56,330 bases of DNA, filler included, from Squatina squatina (GCA_031763465.1; 4 parts of 4 records of this genome joined end to end with filler, not necessarily neighbours in it); one strand, 5' to 3'; counted from the first letter of the whole stretch, positions 37,866 to 49,424 are shown. Made by a program: numbers and translations. Notes: generated by a model from the letters alone, not told the origin.

Positions 37866-38520
37866 GTGACCTCACCTGTCCTGAGCTGGGGGCGCTGTGC
37901 CCTCTGGGAGTTGGAGTTCCCCGCGCCGCCGGCCCCAGCCCCAGCAGGGGGCGCCCGAACTACAACCCCCGGCCTGCCCCGCGCCGCGCACGCGCGCCTC
38001 CCTGCAAACCCGTCAACGACGCCTTCCCCGAGCGCAAATCGAGCGCCGAGGCCTCAGGCTGAGCGCCGGCGACGCCGCAGCGGCGAAACACGGCGCAGTA
38101 TCTGTCGATATTTTTTTTTATACTCTTCGCTCTGAAGCAGATCGATGTGGTTTCGAATCACAGCCCCACCTTCTCCGAGTACAGGTTGACCAGCTTCTTC
38201 ATGCGCCAGTGCGGCGCCGAGAAGACGTCCACCTCCTCCGGGAACGGCGCCATTTTCTTTTTCCCGGCCAACTTATCAGCCTGGCCTTTCGTGGTCTATT
38301 TCGTGGGGTCCGTGCCGCAATGGTGCAGCCCGGCAGTCCGTTTCTGTGGCGGGCTGTGACCACAGCACCTCGCATTCCCAGTTGGGCAGTGGAGGCCCCT
38401 CGCCCCACTGCAGAGCTCGCAGCGTGCCCTCCCTTTAATGGAAGGGGAGGGTACTCTCCTCGCGCCAGTGCTACTCGGAGAGGCTGCATAGCGCTGGAAA
38501 ATTTGTGCGTTTACCTCCCT
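37866..38520. promoter_or_regulatory. CpG island around FBXL5 exon 1
   Basis: Dense CpG and high GC flanking the start-codon exon. Confidence 0.7.
38170..38253 (-). CDS. FBXL5: F-box/LRR protein 5, first coding exon (start of hemerythrin domain), 84 bp; absent from the ORF track
   Basis: ATG at 38253 gives [28 protein letters not shown]|gtgggg versus recalled human [28 protein letters not shown]. Confidence 0.93.
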
Positions 38521-38620
38521 NNNNNNNNNNNNNNNNNNNNNNNNNNNNNNNNNNNNNNNNNNNNNNNNNNNNNNNNNNNNNNNNNNNNNNNNNNNNNNNN
38601 NNNNNNNNNNNNNNNNNNNN

Positions 38621-39881
38621 ATCAGGGAGAGAGAGAGGGGGGATCGGAGAGAGAGGGGATTGGAGAGAGAGAGGGAATCGGAGAGGGAGAGAGAGAGGGG
38701 ATCAGAGAGAGAGGGGATTGGAGAGAATGAGAGGGAGGGGATCGGAGAGAGAGGGGATTGGAGAGAGAGAGAGGGGATCGGAGAGAAAGAGAGAGGGGGC
38801 TCGGAGAGAGAGAGAGGGTAGAGAGAGGGGATTGGAGAGAGAGAAAGAGGGAATCGGAGTGGGAGTGAGAGAGAGGATCGGAGAGAGAGGGGATTGGAGA
38901 GAGAGAGAGAGGGGATCGGAGAGAGAGAGGGGCGATCAGAGAGAGAGAGATGGGGGATCGGAGAGAGAAGGGATTGGAGAGAGAGAGGGGATCGGAGAGG
39001 GAGAGAGGATCGGAGAGGGAGAGAGAGAGGGGATCAGAGAGAGAGGGGATTGGAGAGAATGAGAGAGGGGGATCGGAGAGAGAGAGAGTGTAGAGAGAGA
39101 GGGGATTAGAGAGAGAGGGAGAGAGGGGATCGGACAGAGAGGGGATTGGAGAGAGAGAGAGGGGATTGGAGAGGGGAGAGAGAGGGGGGATTGGAGAGAG
39201 AGAGAGGGGATTGGAGAGAGAGGGGATTGCAGAGAGAGAGAGGGGATCGGAGAGAAAGAGACAGGGGGCTCGGAGAGAGAAGTGGTAGAGAGAGGGGATT
39301 GGAGAGAGAGAAACAGGGGATCAGAGAGGGAGAGAGAGAGGGGATCGGAGAGAGGGGATTGGAGAGAGAGAGGGGATCGGAGTGGGAGGGGATCAGAGAG
39401 CTTGAGAGAGGGGGATCGGAGAGAGAGAGAGTGTAGAGAGAGAGGGGATTGGAGAGAGAGAGAGAGGGGATCGGAGAGGGAGAGAGAGAGGCGATCGGAG
39501 AGAGAGAGAGGATCGGAGAGGGAGAGGGAGATGATCGGAGAGAAAGAGAGAGGGGGATCGGAGTGGGAGAGAGGGGGATTGGAGAGGGAGAGAGAGCGAG
39601 GGAAGAGAGAGGGGATTGGAGAGAGAGAGGGGATCAGTGGTGGAGAGAGAGAGACGAGAGAGAGAGGGGATCAGAGGGAAAGAGAGAAAGGGGATCGGAG
39701 AGAGAGAGAGAGAGAGAGGTGGATCTTAGAGAGAGGGAGAGAGAGGGGATCTGAAAGAGAGAGAGCTGGATCGGAGAGAGAGCGAGAGAGGGGGGATCAG
39801 AGAGGGAAAGAGAGAGGGGAGAGAAAGGGGATCGGAGAGAGATAGAGAGAGAGAGAGAGGGGATCGGAGAGAGAGAGAGGG
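38621..39881. repeat. GA-rich satellite (GGGGATCGGAGAGAGAG / GGGGATTGGAGAGAG)
   Basis: About 1.26 kb of nearly pure purine on the plus strand. Confidence 0.95.
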
Positions 39882-40177
39882 NNNNNNNNNNNNNNNNNNN
39901 NNNNNNNNNNNNNNNNNNNNNNNNNNNNNNNNNNNNNNNNNNNNNNNNNNNNNNNNNNNNNNNNNNNNNNNNNNNNNNNNNCGCGTCAAAAGCAATCAGA
40001 CAATCTGGTCATTTATCACACTGCCGTTTGTGAGAGCTGGCTGTGGGCAAAATGTGGGCTCCTCCGCTCGCTACAACGCTTCCGAGACAGGACAGCAAAT
40101 GAGCCGGGTCTGAAGCGCCCGGGGATGCGGCCCCGTGGGCGCCGTGTGGCGAGGCGTGATCCCACGCTGAGCCTCAC

Positions 40178-40544
40178 CGTCAAATTCCGTGTAGACCGTG
40201 TCCTTGAGGAAGGCCCCAGACCCAAAGTCGATCAGCTTGAGCTGCCCGGTGCGCAGGTCGACCAGGAGGTTCTCGTCCTTGAGGTCGCGGTGTGCCACCC
40301 CACAGGCGTGGCAGTGCGCCAGGGCCTCGATCGTCTGGCGGAAGAAGGCCCGCGAGCGCTCCTCCCCCAGCGGGCCCTCCTCGGAGATGAGGTCGAAGAG
40401 GTCCTTGGCGTTGGCAGGCCGTTCCATCACCAGCAGGTAACCGTCGGCACAGCACCGCCAGTCCAGCAGTCGGATCACTCCCCGGTGCCCGCCCGCCGAC
40501 ACCCTCGCCATCAGGACGATCTCCAGGGGCACCGTGCTCTCGGT
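40178..40544 (-). CDS. PIM2: PIM-family Ser/Thr kinase internal exon, 367 bp
   Basis: cggcag|ACCGAG...TTTGACG|gtgagg; [45 protein letters not shown]. The ERP hinge is PIM-specific; adjacency to OTUD5 supports PIM2. Confidence 0.88.
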
Positions 40545-40712
40545 CTGCCGGCAGAGGTTCAAAGGTTATTTATCCGACCGCCCATAACACGTGCAGTGCT
40601 GAGGGAGCGCCGNNNNNNNNNNNNNNNNNNNNNNNNNNNNNNNNNNNNNNNNNNNNNNNNNNNNNNNNNNNNNNNNNNNNNNNNNNNNNNNNNNNNNNNN
40701 NNNNNNNNNNNN

Positions 40713-41774
40713 TGTGTCTGAGAGTGTGTCTCAGTGTGTGTCTCAGTGTGTGTCTGAGAGTGTGTCTGAGAGTGTGTCTCAGTGTGTGTGTCAGACTGCG
40801 TGTGTCAGAGTGCGTGTGTCAGAGTGCGTGTCTGAGTGTGAGTCTGTGTGTGAATGTGAGCCAGAGTGTGTCTCTGAGTGTGTGTCTCTGAGTGTGTGTC
40901 TGAGTGTGTGTCTGAGTGTGTGTCTGAGTGGTGTCTGCGAGTGAGTCTGAGTTTCAGGCTGAGTGTGTGTCTGAGTGTGAGTCTGAGTGTGTGAATGTGA
41001 GCCTGAGTGTGAGCCTGAGTGTGTGTCAGAGTGTGTCAGAGTTTGTGTCTGAGTGTGTGTGTGTCTGAGTGTGTGTGTGTCTGAGAGTGTGTCTGTCTGA
41101 GAGTGTGTGTGTGTGTTTCAGGCTGAGTGTCTGTCTGAGTGTGAGTCTGAGTGTGAGTCTGTGTGTGAGTCTGAGTGTGAGTCTGAGTGTGAGTCTGTGT
41201 GTGAGTCTGTGTGTGAGCCTGAGTGAGTCTGAGTGTGAGTCTGAGTGTGAGTCTGAGTGTGTGTCTGAGTGTGTGTCTGAGTGTGTGTCTGAGTGAGTCT
41301 GAGTTTCAGGCTGAGTGTGTGTCTGAGTGTGTGTCTGAGTGTGTGTCTGAGTGTGTGCCTGAGTTTCAGGCTGAGTGCGTGTCTGAGTGTGAGTCTGAGT
41401 GTGTGTCTCAGTTTGTGTCTCAGTTTGTGTCTGAGTCTGTGTCTCAGTGTGTATCTCAGTGTGTATCTCAGTGTGTGTCTCAGTGTGTGTGTATGAGTGT
41501 GTGTCTGAGTGCGTGCCTGAGTGTGAATGTGTGTCAGAGTGTGCGTCTCAGTGTGTGTCAGAGTGTGAGTGTGTGTTTCAGTCTGAGTGTGAGTCTGAGT
41601 GTGTGTCTCAGTGTGTGTCTCAGTGTGTGTCTGAGAGTGTGTCTGAGAGTGTGTCTCAGCGTGTGTCTCAGTGTGTGTCTCAGTGTGTGTCTGAGAGTGT
41701 GTCTGAGAGTGTGTCTCAGTGTGTGTCTCAGTGTGTGTCTGAGAGTGTGTCTGAGAGTGTGTCTCAGTGTGTGT
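40713..41774. repeat. GT-rich 12-bp satellite (GTGTGTCTGAGT)
   Basis: About 1 kb of degenerate 12-mers. Confidence 0.95.
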
Positions 41775-42026
41775 NNNNNNNNNNNNNNNNNNNNNNNNNN
41801 NNNNNNNNNNNNNNNNNNNNNNNNNNNNNNNNNNNNNNNNNNNNNNNNNNNNNNNNNNNNNNNNNNNNNNNNNNGAATAAACAGTGACTCTGTACAGTTA
41901 TAGAGTGACCCTTACCCTGATGATTAAACAGTGACTCTGTACAGTTACACAGTGAGCAATCCTTACCCTGCTGAACAGCATCTCTGTACAACTATGTTGC
42001 CCTCAGCTCCAGCCACCTCCACTCAC

Positions 42027-42212
42027 CTGTCGGGCCTGTTTCTCCTGGTCCCGCAGCCACTGTAGGTACGACTCGCGGGCCACCGGCTCCTCGATGGCCT
42101 CGTTCGTTGCCTCCCAGTCCGTGGCCCGCTTTTTGTCCTCCAGCATCTGCTGCTCGATCCACGACTCCTCCGAGGTTTTGATGGCGTTCTTCATCAGCGA
42201 CTGGTCTGCGGA
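42027..42212 (-). CDS. OTUD5: OTU deubiquitinase 5 internal exon, 186 bp
   Basis: tctcgcag|TCC...CGACAG|gtgagt; [62 protein letters not shown] is near-identical to recalled OTUD5. Confidence 0.93.
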
Positions 42213-42503
42213 CTGCGAGAGACGAGACGAGACGTGATGTGAGCGGCGGGACGGAGGGGAAAAGGGCGACCCGGCGGGAGGGCGTGGTAACAGCCAGTCC
42301 CGACGCAGCTCAACATTCCAGCTCGGGGTGGGGGGGGCCCCCGCAAACATCAGGAGGCGCCTGGTGCGACGCCGAGCCAAGGGAGGTCCTGGTTGGCCTC
42401 AGTACCTCCCCCTTGGAAGAGGGTGTGGGACGAGAAGAGGGAGATCAAAGGCAGAACAGAGAAAGCCCGTCAGTTGGTGTTGGGTTTCTTCGGGGCTGGG
42501 AAC

Positions 42504-42603
42504 NNNNNNNNNNNNNNNNNNNNNNNNNNNNNNNNNNNNNNNNNNNNTTAATTAATTAANNNNNNNNNNNNNNNNNNNNNNNNNNNNNNNNNNNNNNNNN
42601 NNN
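42504..42603. other. Artificial scaffold linker
   Basis: 44 N + TTAATTAATTAA + 44 N. Confidence 0.97.
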
Positions 42604-42939
42604 CTACATGCTGCATTCTCTGAGTAAGACTACCAAGTTATTGCCAATTAATGCCAAATTACAGGTAGTTTGTGCTTGGCCCCAGTAAGAAATGGGTTGA
42701 GAGTGACAAAACTCACTTTACATCGGGCCCTGAATCACTAAAGGGAATAGGTTTGCACATCATTACTTTCAACTGAATTCAACCCAGAACCTAGGGATGA
42801 AAGACAGCTCTAACCTGTTGCACCATTGTTAAAAGCCAAACTGCTAATCATCTCAGTAGCTTGATTCAATTTAAAACCAATTGTAAAATGGACATTTTTC
42901 ATTAATTGTAATGTTATTATGCACATATTATGCACTTAC

Positions 42940-43138
42940 CTTCAATTGGAGAAGTACCAGTAATGAGGATCACCCTGCCCATGGGTGAGGTAGATCGGGT
43001 TGCTCTAGGCTGTCCATTCATTTGCCTGTGCTGCTTCTTCAGCAGGTACTTTGTTGCTGTGTTTGCACCACCAGCATGATTGCTGGGGTGTATAGCATTA
43101 GTCATCTCCCTTCTTGCGGAGTCAAATGAATGAGCCAT
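42940..43138 (-). CDS. PDZD7: PDZ domain-containing 7, first coding exon
   Basis: ATG at 43138: MAHSFDS...[41 protein letters not shown](G|gtaagt) versus recalled human [39 protein letters not shown]. Confidence 0.88.
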
Positions 43139-43887
43139 GCTAATGCAGTGCACCAACAATTCATCAATAATCAGGGTTGTATCAATTTGAGTGCAGTGAT
43201 CAGGTAAGAGAGATGGATCTGCCAACAACTTCCATTTTTAAAGTCTGAGACAGTACAAATGAATCTTTGCCCTACATCTTCCTTCCCAATGAATTGGCAA
43301 CACCATGTAGGAAAAAAAGATCAGAACCAAATGTTTTGTTGGCAAACTCGCCACCATTTTGCCTCAGTGATTATCTGAAAGTTGTTTAATTGGAAAAGAA
43401 AATCTGGCAGATTGTAAAATGAAGCACTAATGTCTATTTTTTGTTACCGCCCAAGACAAATTGATACCCCATTTTTTCCTGTCTAGTGAACAATTGATGG
43501 AAGTGAGCTTCTCTGACAGTCATCTTATGGTTATAGTACTCAGAAATGTTCTGACTATTCTGTTTAGTGTCTGCAACTCTGCTCATTTCGAGGTTACTCT
43601 TTGACCCTCTAAGCCGTCTTTTAACAGGTGTCTAAAGGCTTCTGCACTCTGTCCAGTGTTGTCCTCAACGTTCTCTCTGTAGGCTTTGCACCATTCAGTT
43701 TTCTTTTTTCTTGCTGCTCAATTTAGAGTCATATTTGCTCATCATGGGTTTTTTAAATTATGTTCTATATTGACCCCTGTTATAAATCCCCCTCACTGTA
43801 GTGGATCCGTATAGCACTGAGTTTTTCCGTCAAGATAAATTCTCCCCCGAGTGAAATAAAAAAAGCTCCCTAAAATAAATAAACTCT

Positions 43888-44636
43888 GGGGGCACAATTC
43901 AGCTCTGTGTTCACCCTGATAGGCCCTCCGAGGGGCGTTAACAGGGCAAAATCGCAAAAATGGCACAGGAGGCGACCATGTCGCCTACCGGGGAATTCCT
44001 CCAGGGCGCAAAGGTTTTGCGCCTCATCCGGGAAATTCCGCTGCTGGTCAGCACGCGACATCATTAAAATGTGCACCGACCCTTACCGTGCAGCTGCAAC
44101 CCCCTTTAAGGCCCGTTTGCATCCCGCGGGCGGAATTCACCCGTGGGACGCGGCTGCAGTGCCGGTTGGTTGCAGTGACAGCAAAACCTGTCACTGCAAC
44201 AGGCCTCTTAAAGGGGAGGGCCTGAGCACTGGCGGCCGCCATCTTTATTTGACGGCTGACACTACGGTCGGCTGACTGATAGCGGCCTACAGGCAGACTG
44301 GGCCGCCATCCCCCGCCTGGCACGTCGACTGGCGTGCCAGTCTGGTAGCCCAGTTGCCGGCGTCCCTCGTGGCCCAGTCGCAGGCCGCCGCCGGCCCTCC
44401 CCTTTAAGGATGGCTGAGTGCGTACGTGACATCAGCGCAATGCATAGCAGACACGGTGCACTGACATTGCTAGCATGGCGCCAACGCCACGCCAGCAACC
44501 TCCCCGACCAGACCCCCCAGTTCCACCTGGGAGCGAAGCGGACATCGCTGCGCCTCACTCCTGCAGCGGAACAACGAATGCCACGGCGGGCGAAAGGTTT
44601 ACCACCCTAGAAGTGTCTGGACCGAATTGTGCCCCC
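43888..44636. mobile_element. Non-autonomous DNA transposon (MITE), PIF/Harbinger-like, 749 bp
   Basis: Perfect 13-bp TIRs GGGGGCACAATTC (43888-43900) and GAATTGTGCCCCC (44624-44636), flanked by a 3-bp direct repeat TCT on both sides; CpG-rich interior. Confidence 0.8.
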
Positions 44637-44667
44637 TCTAATCCTAAAACTAAACTCAACTCTATTT

Positions 44668-44950
44668 GAACATAAGAACATAAGAACTAAGAGCAGGAGT
44701 AGGCCATTCAGCCCCTTGGCCCCTCGAGCCTGCTCTGCCACTCAATGAAATCATGGCTGACCCGATTCTGGCCTCAACTGCACTTTCCTACCTGTTCCCC
44801 ATAACATTTGACTCCCCTGTTGCTCAAAAATCTGTCTATCGCAACCTTGAATATATTCAGTGACTCAGCGTCCACAGCTCTCTGGGGTAAAGAATTCCAA
44901 AGATTCATGACACTGAGAGAAGAAATTCCTCCCCATCCCCATCTTAAGTG
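44668..44950 (-). mobile_element. CR1-type LINE 3' end
   Basis: GAACATAAGAACATAAGAA..GAGCAGGAGTAGGCCATTC tail. Confidence 0.8.
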
Positions 44951-45474
44951 GGCATATTATTTGCTGCTCCATTTCCAGTCCACAACAGGTTTAAACCTGC
45001 TGTTTTTGTTGGTTGCTGAGTCCAGCCGTGTCAGGCAGGAGCCTCATTTATATATGCTGATTGGGGTCCTAAGACGTACATAAGACCCCAATGGCATCTT
45101 AACGGCCTACTGAACAGGGCACTCACCTCCGGTGCCCCGCTCTGTAAGCCCTGTTGGGGAAGAAACTGAGGCCATGAAAGGTGCTATATAAATGCGAGCT
45201 CTCTCCTTTTGTTTAAACTTACCCGCTCCATCCCACCTCCCACGGCCGTGACTTACCCCAGTGCCGGCGGGGAGCTTCTGGGCTGCTTGATCTTCAGCTG
45301 CTGGCAGAAAACCACAAAGTTTCTCAACGACAGGGGACCCAACCATTATACAACAGGTTTATCTTTGTAGAAGTCATGTGATCTGATCCCATGTGATCAG
45401 GACTTCACGGGCGCCCAATTGGCCTTTTTATTGTCTCTCGCGATATGGGACCAATAGGTGTAAATTGGGGAATT

Positions 45475-45621
45475 TATAATGGGGAACAAAGAAATGGCAG
45501 ACCAATTGAATAAATACTTTGGTTCTGTCTTCACAAAGAGGACTCAAATAACCTCCCAGAAATGTTAGTGAACCTAGGGTCTAGTGAGAGGGAGGAACTG
45601 AAGGAAATCAGTATTAGTAGG
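45475..45621 (+). mobile_element. CR1-type LINE ORF2 fragment
   Basis: Encodes MGNKEMADQLNKYFGSVFTK. Confidence 0.75.
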
Positions 45622-46055
45622 NNNNNNNNNNNNNNNNNNNNNNNNNNNNNNNNNNNNNNNNNNNNNNNNNNNNNNNNNNNNNNNNNNNNNNNNNNNNNNN
45701 NNNNNNNNNNNNNNNNNNNNNGAATGTGGTTCTGACTTATTTTACTGACTCAATCTAAAAACCCATTAGTATGTATTTACAAGCGCAGTTATTCAATTAA
45801 GTATTAATCAACTCAGTCAGTTCATATTTTCATGGATTATTAACTAGAGATCATTGCTAGAGCATTTTATAAATATCAATATTCCTAAAATAGTCTGTGT
45901 TTCATGCAAAGGACACAATCCACTCCAATGTCATGACGTAAATAGTTTTTTTTTTCTCGATTTACCTCGTTTGCCAGATTTACACTAACTGCGGATTTTT
46001 TAAGCAATGCAGGCTTTGACGCCCTTTGATAATGTTACCTGACTCCTATTTTCAG

Positions 46056-46152
46056 GTGTTAATGACTCCCATGACATCTAACTCTACCCGCCTGACAGAA
46101 AACAGGGAGGCAGGCGTATTATCGATAGCAAGATCAGCTGAAACTGGAACAG
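46056..46152 (+). other. Candidate exon of an unidentified gene, 97 bp
   Basis: ctcctattttcag| acceptor, open frame VLMTPMTSNSTRLTENREAGVLSIARSAETGT, CAG|gtaaaa donor. No homology recognised. Confidence 0.3.
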
Positions 46153-46681
46153 GTAAAATGCCACATCTTAAATTTAAAAGCTATGAAACAAAAATCACGA
46201 TTAACTACCAGCAAAGAGATAATTTAGTCTTACAAGACGAGGGTCAGCATTCTAGATATCATTGACTGGTCGAGAATGTGCGCTCTCATCTTAAATGATG
46301 ATCAAAGATTTTTTTTTTGTCCCTTCTTCTGGGTGGGGAATCCGGAACAAGGGGAAGTTATCTTTAAAATTTAGAAATAAGCCAGTTCAAAGGAAATTCA
46401 GAAAACACATTCTTCACATGAAGGGAATGTGGCAGGCACTGCCCCACAAGGGCATAAGTTCAAAAATCAATTGAGGTGTTTCAGCAAAAGTATGGAAAAA
46501 GAGGACAGGAGATAAGGATTGAAGATAAAAAAAGAACTGCTGTGTTTAACAAAATGGAGCAGGGTCCGTGTGATGAGTGGGCTATGTCTGTGTAAAATGT
46601 CTTGAGTACAGCACACACTGCCTGCAAGCATCCCATTTCCTGTAATATTTCCACATCACATGAAAACATCCCTATTTTAAT

Positions 46682-46860
46682 AACAACAACTTGCATTTAT
46701 ATAGCACCTTTGACGTAGTAAAATGTCTCAAGGCGCTTCACAGGCATGTTTTCGAACAAAATTTGACACCGAGTCACATAAGGAGATATTACAACAGGTC
46801 ACCCACCAAAAGCTTGTTCAAAGTGGCAGGTTTTAAGGAGCATTTAAAAGAGGAGAAAAA
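46682..46860 (-). mobile_element. LINE (L2/CR1-type) 3' tail
   Basis: AACAACAACTTGCATTTATATAGCACCTTT...ACCAAAAGCTTG.TCAAAG..GGTTTTAAGGAGCAT. Confidence 0.75.
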
Positions 46861-46868
46861 GAAATTAA

Positions 46869-47323
46869 GACTTGCATATGTGGCGCCCGTCTGTGCCCAA
46901 AAGGATGTCCCAAAATGCTTTACAGCCAATGAAGTACTTTTGGAGTGCAGTCAATGTTGTAATGTGGGAAACACGGCAGCCAATTTGCACACAGCAAGCT
47001 CCCACAAACAGCAATGTGATAATGATCAGATAATCTGTTTTTGTTGTATTGATTGAGGAATAAATATTAGCCAGGACATTTGGGAATAACTCCCCTGCTC
47101 TTCGAAATATTGCCATGGGATCTTTTACGTCCACCTGAAAGCACAGACTGGGCCTCGGTTTAACGTCTCATCCGAAAGACGGCACCTCTGACAGTGCAAC
47201 ACTCCCTCAGTACTGCACTGGAGTATCAACCTAGATTTTTGTGCTCAAGTCTCTGGCGTGGGACTTGAACGCACAACCTTCAGACTTGGGGGTGAGTGTG
47301 CTACCCACTGAGCCACAGCTGAC
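46869..47323 (-). mobile_element. Full-length tRNA-derived Deu-domain SINE
   Basis: Head GTCAGCTGTGGCTCAGTGGGTAGCAC...GTTCAAGTCCCAC; Deu core CAGTACTGAGGGAGTG.TGCACTGTC.GAGGTGCCGTCTTTCGGATGAGACGTTAAACCGAGGCC. Confidence 0.9.
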
Positions 47324-48669
47324 ATTGTGGCAATCATTATGTTAAAGTAGCAAGGACAGTAATTCCTGTTGTCGAGTGTGTTGCAGAGGAAGTTACACCA
47401 ATTACTAGTAAGTTTGTTTGATACAAATAGGAAGAGTTACGATTCACACAGGCTTGACCATAGTATCAATGGGACCCGCTGGGCAGCATTAACCTTTAGC
47501 AGCATTAATGCTGCTCAGGAGGATTTTACTTCAAACCGATATGTAGGTTAATAGATTAAAACATGATTGACCGTAGTAATTGTTTCCCACACCCAATTGT
47601 GTAAAACCAACGAGTGATTTTAATATTTTGACCAGTGGATCCTGAAAGGGGGAAAAAGATCCAGTGTAAGTACAATTGATTGTCTTGTACACACATGCAA
47701 ATAAATCAAAATCATCATTGGTGGATGATGGTGAGTGAAATCAGTTCTATCATTTCTCCTTTAAATTTAATTGCTCTGTGGTCAGGAGAGGTTGAGTGTT
47801 TTTCAAGCAGACCCACTTGATATTGTTACTTGGCATTGATTCCAGTGCAGGCCTGATAGTTTGTCGTTTAACCTGTGAGACTAAAATTCATCCTTTTAGT
47901 GAAATCGTAGAGAATGTTTTTCTCTAATTAGCTGACAAAATCACGGGAACGTGTGTCTTTGAAACGTGTGATTTCAATGGATGTGACTTCATTAACGAGC
48001 TTCTGACTGAGGGGAAAACGGGCATTGTTCCATTTTTTTGGGACTGTTGAAGACATTTAGTTGTGTTGTGCAATGGTGTGGCAAGTTGAATTTTGCATGC
48101 TGCGCACAGAATGGTAGAACACAGAATTATACATGGAGAATTCCTGTTCATTATATTGTCATGGGAAGTGTTGAGAGGCTGAACACTTTCTAGCAAAGAG
48201 GATAGGAAAATTGGAGCCAGTCAGACTGGAGCATAGAGAAAACTATTAGAACGGTCCTGGCAGAGGCTTGGGAGCAGGTCACCTACTCTGTCTTAGCCAG
48301 GTATAGCAGAGGGAAGTGGAGAGAAAGGCAAAAGTGAGTTTCGTTAAAAAAGATCTTGTACTAGAAAATGATAACCCACATGACAAAGGCAAGATGTTCT
48401 CCATTCATTGGTAATAGGATTATGCACAGATGCCAGTCAGATCAGACTATTAGCCATCATTGGCGCTGCATGGTGTCTGTAGTTTGGTTTCCTGACCTTT
48501 TGTTTGGGGTTTTATAAAAGCCTCCTTGGTTGTGACTGGTGTGAAGATGTGTAAGTCTTATTATTTGAGTTGCTTTGGCAGCAAAGGTCAATGTTGGAAA
48601 TAAGCACTTTGTTCTTCTGTTGCTGACCACTATTCATCACCTCAGGATTACTACAAGTTGTAATGCTAC

Positions 48670-49150
48670 AGATGTCAAGGCCTTAGGAGAGGGTGCAGAG
48701 GAGATTTATTAGAATGGTACCAGCATTGAGGGACTTTAGTTGTGTGGAGAGACTGGACAACCTGGTTTTGAAGGTTAATAAGGAAGATTTAATAGAGTTG
48801 TTCAAAATTATGAAGGGTTTTGATGGAGTAAGTAAGGAGAAACTGTTTCCACTGGCTGGAGGGTCGGTAACCAGAGGACACAGATTTAAGATAATTGGCA
48901 AAAGAACCAGGGGAGATGAGAATTTATTTACGTAGTAAGTTGTTATGATCTGGAATGCATTGCCTGATGGGCGGTCGAAGGAGATTCAATAGTAACTTTC
49001 AAAAGGGAGTTGGATAAATACTTGGAAAGAGAAAATTTGCAGGACTATGGGGAAAGAGCAGGGAAATAGAACTAATTGGATAGCTCTTTCAAAGAGTCAG
49101 CAAAGGTACGATGGGCCAAATGGCCTCCTTTTGTGCTGTATGATTCTAAC
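48670..49150 (+). mobile_element. CR1-type LINE 3' end
   Basis: DLIELFKIMKGFD..KLFPLAGGSVTRGHRFKIIGK, then the GATGGGCCAAATGGCCTCCT tail. Confidence 0.85.
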
Positions 49151-49424
49151 TTGGTTTGTGGAATGGATTGGGGATAAGAGAAGAAGGCCAAGACCTAGCA
49201 GTAGCTGCCTTTTAAAGACAGTACTGAATGATCGTGACTTTTCTGTAACTGAAATTGCCAGATTTGATTTAGTTAGTGATCTGTGGAAGATTAACAGTGT
49301 TCTTTTTTCCTTTCTTTCCTGAAGCATTTGCCCTCCCTGATTTCTCGTTTTGTGCCCTTTGCCGCAGTAGCTGCTGCCAACTGTATCAATATCCCTTTCA
49401 TGAGGCAGAGGTAAGAACACTGCA

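Noticed and set aside
38505-39845. Glu/Arg/Gly-rich ORFs
   Set aside because: Translation of the GA satellite.
40714-41903. Val/Cys/Ser-rich ORFs
   Set aside because: Translation of the GT satellite.
47255-47323. tRNA gene (also at 30430-30497 and 24053-24120)
   Set aside because: These are tRNA-derived SINE heads, two of them attached to a Deu body; no proper cloverleaf.
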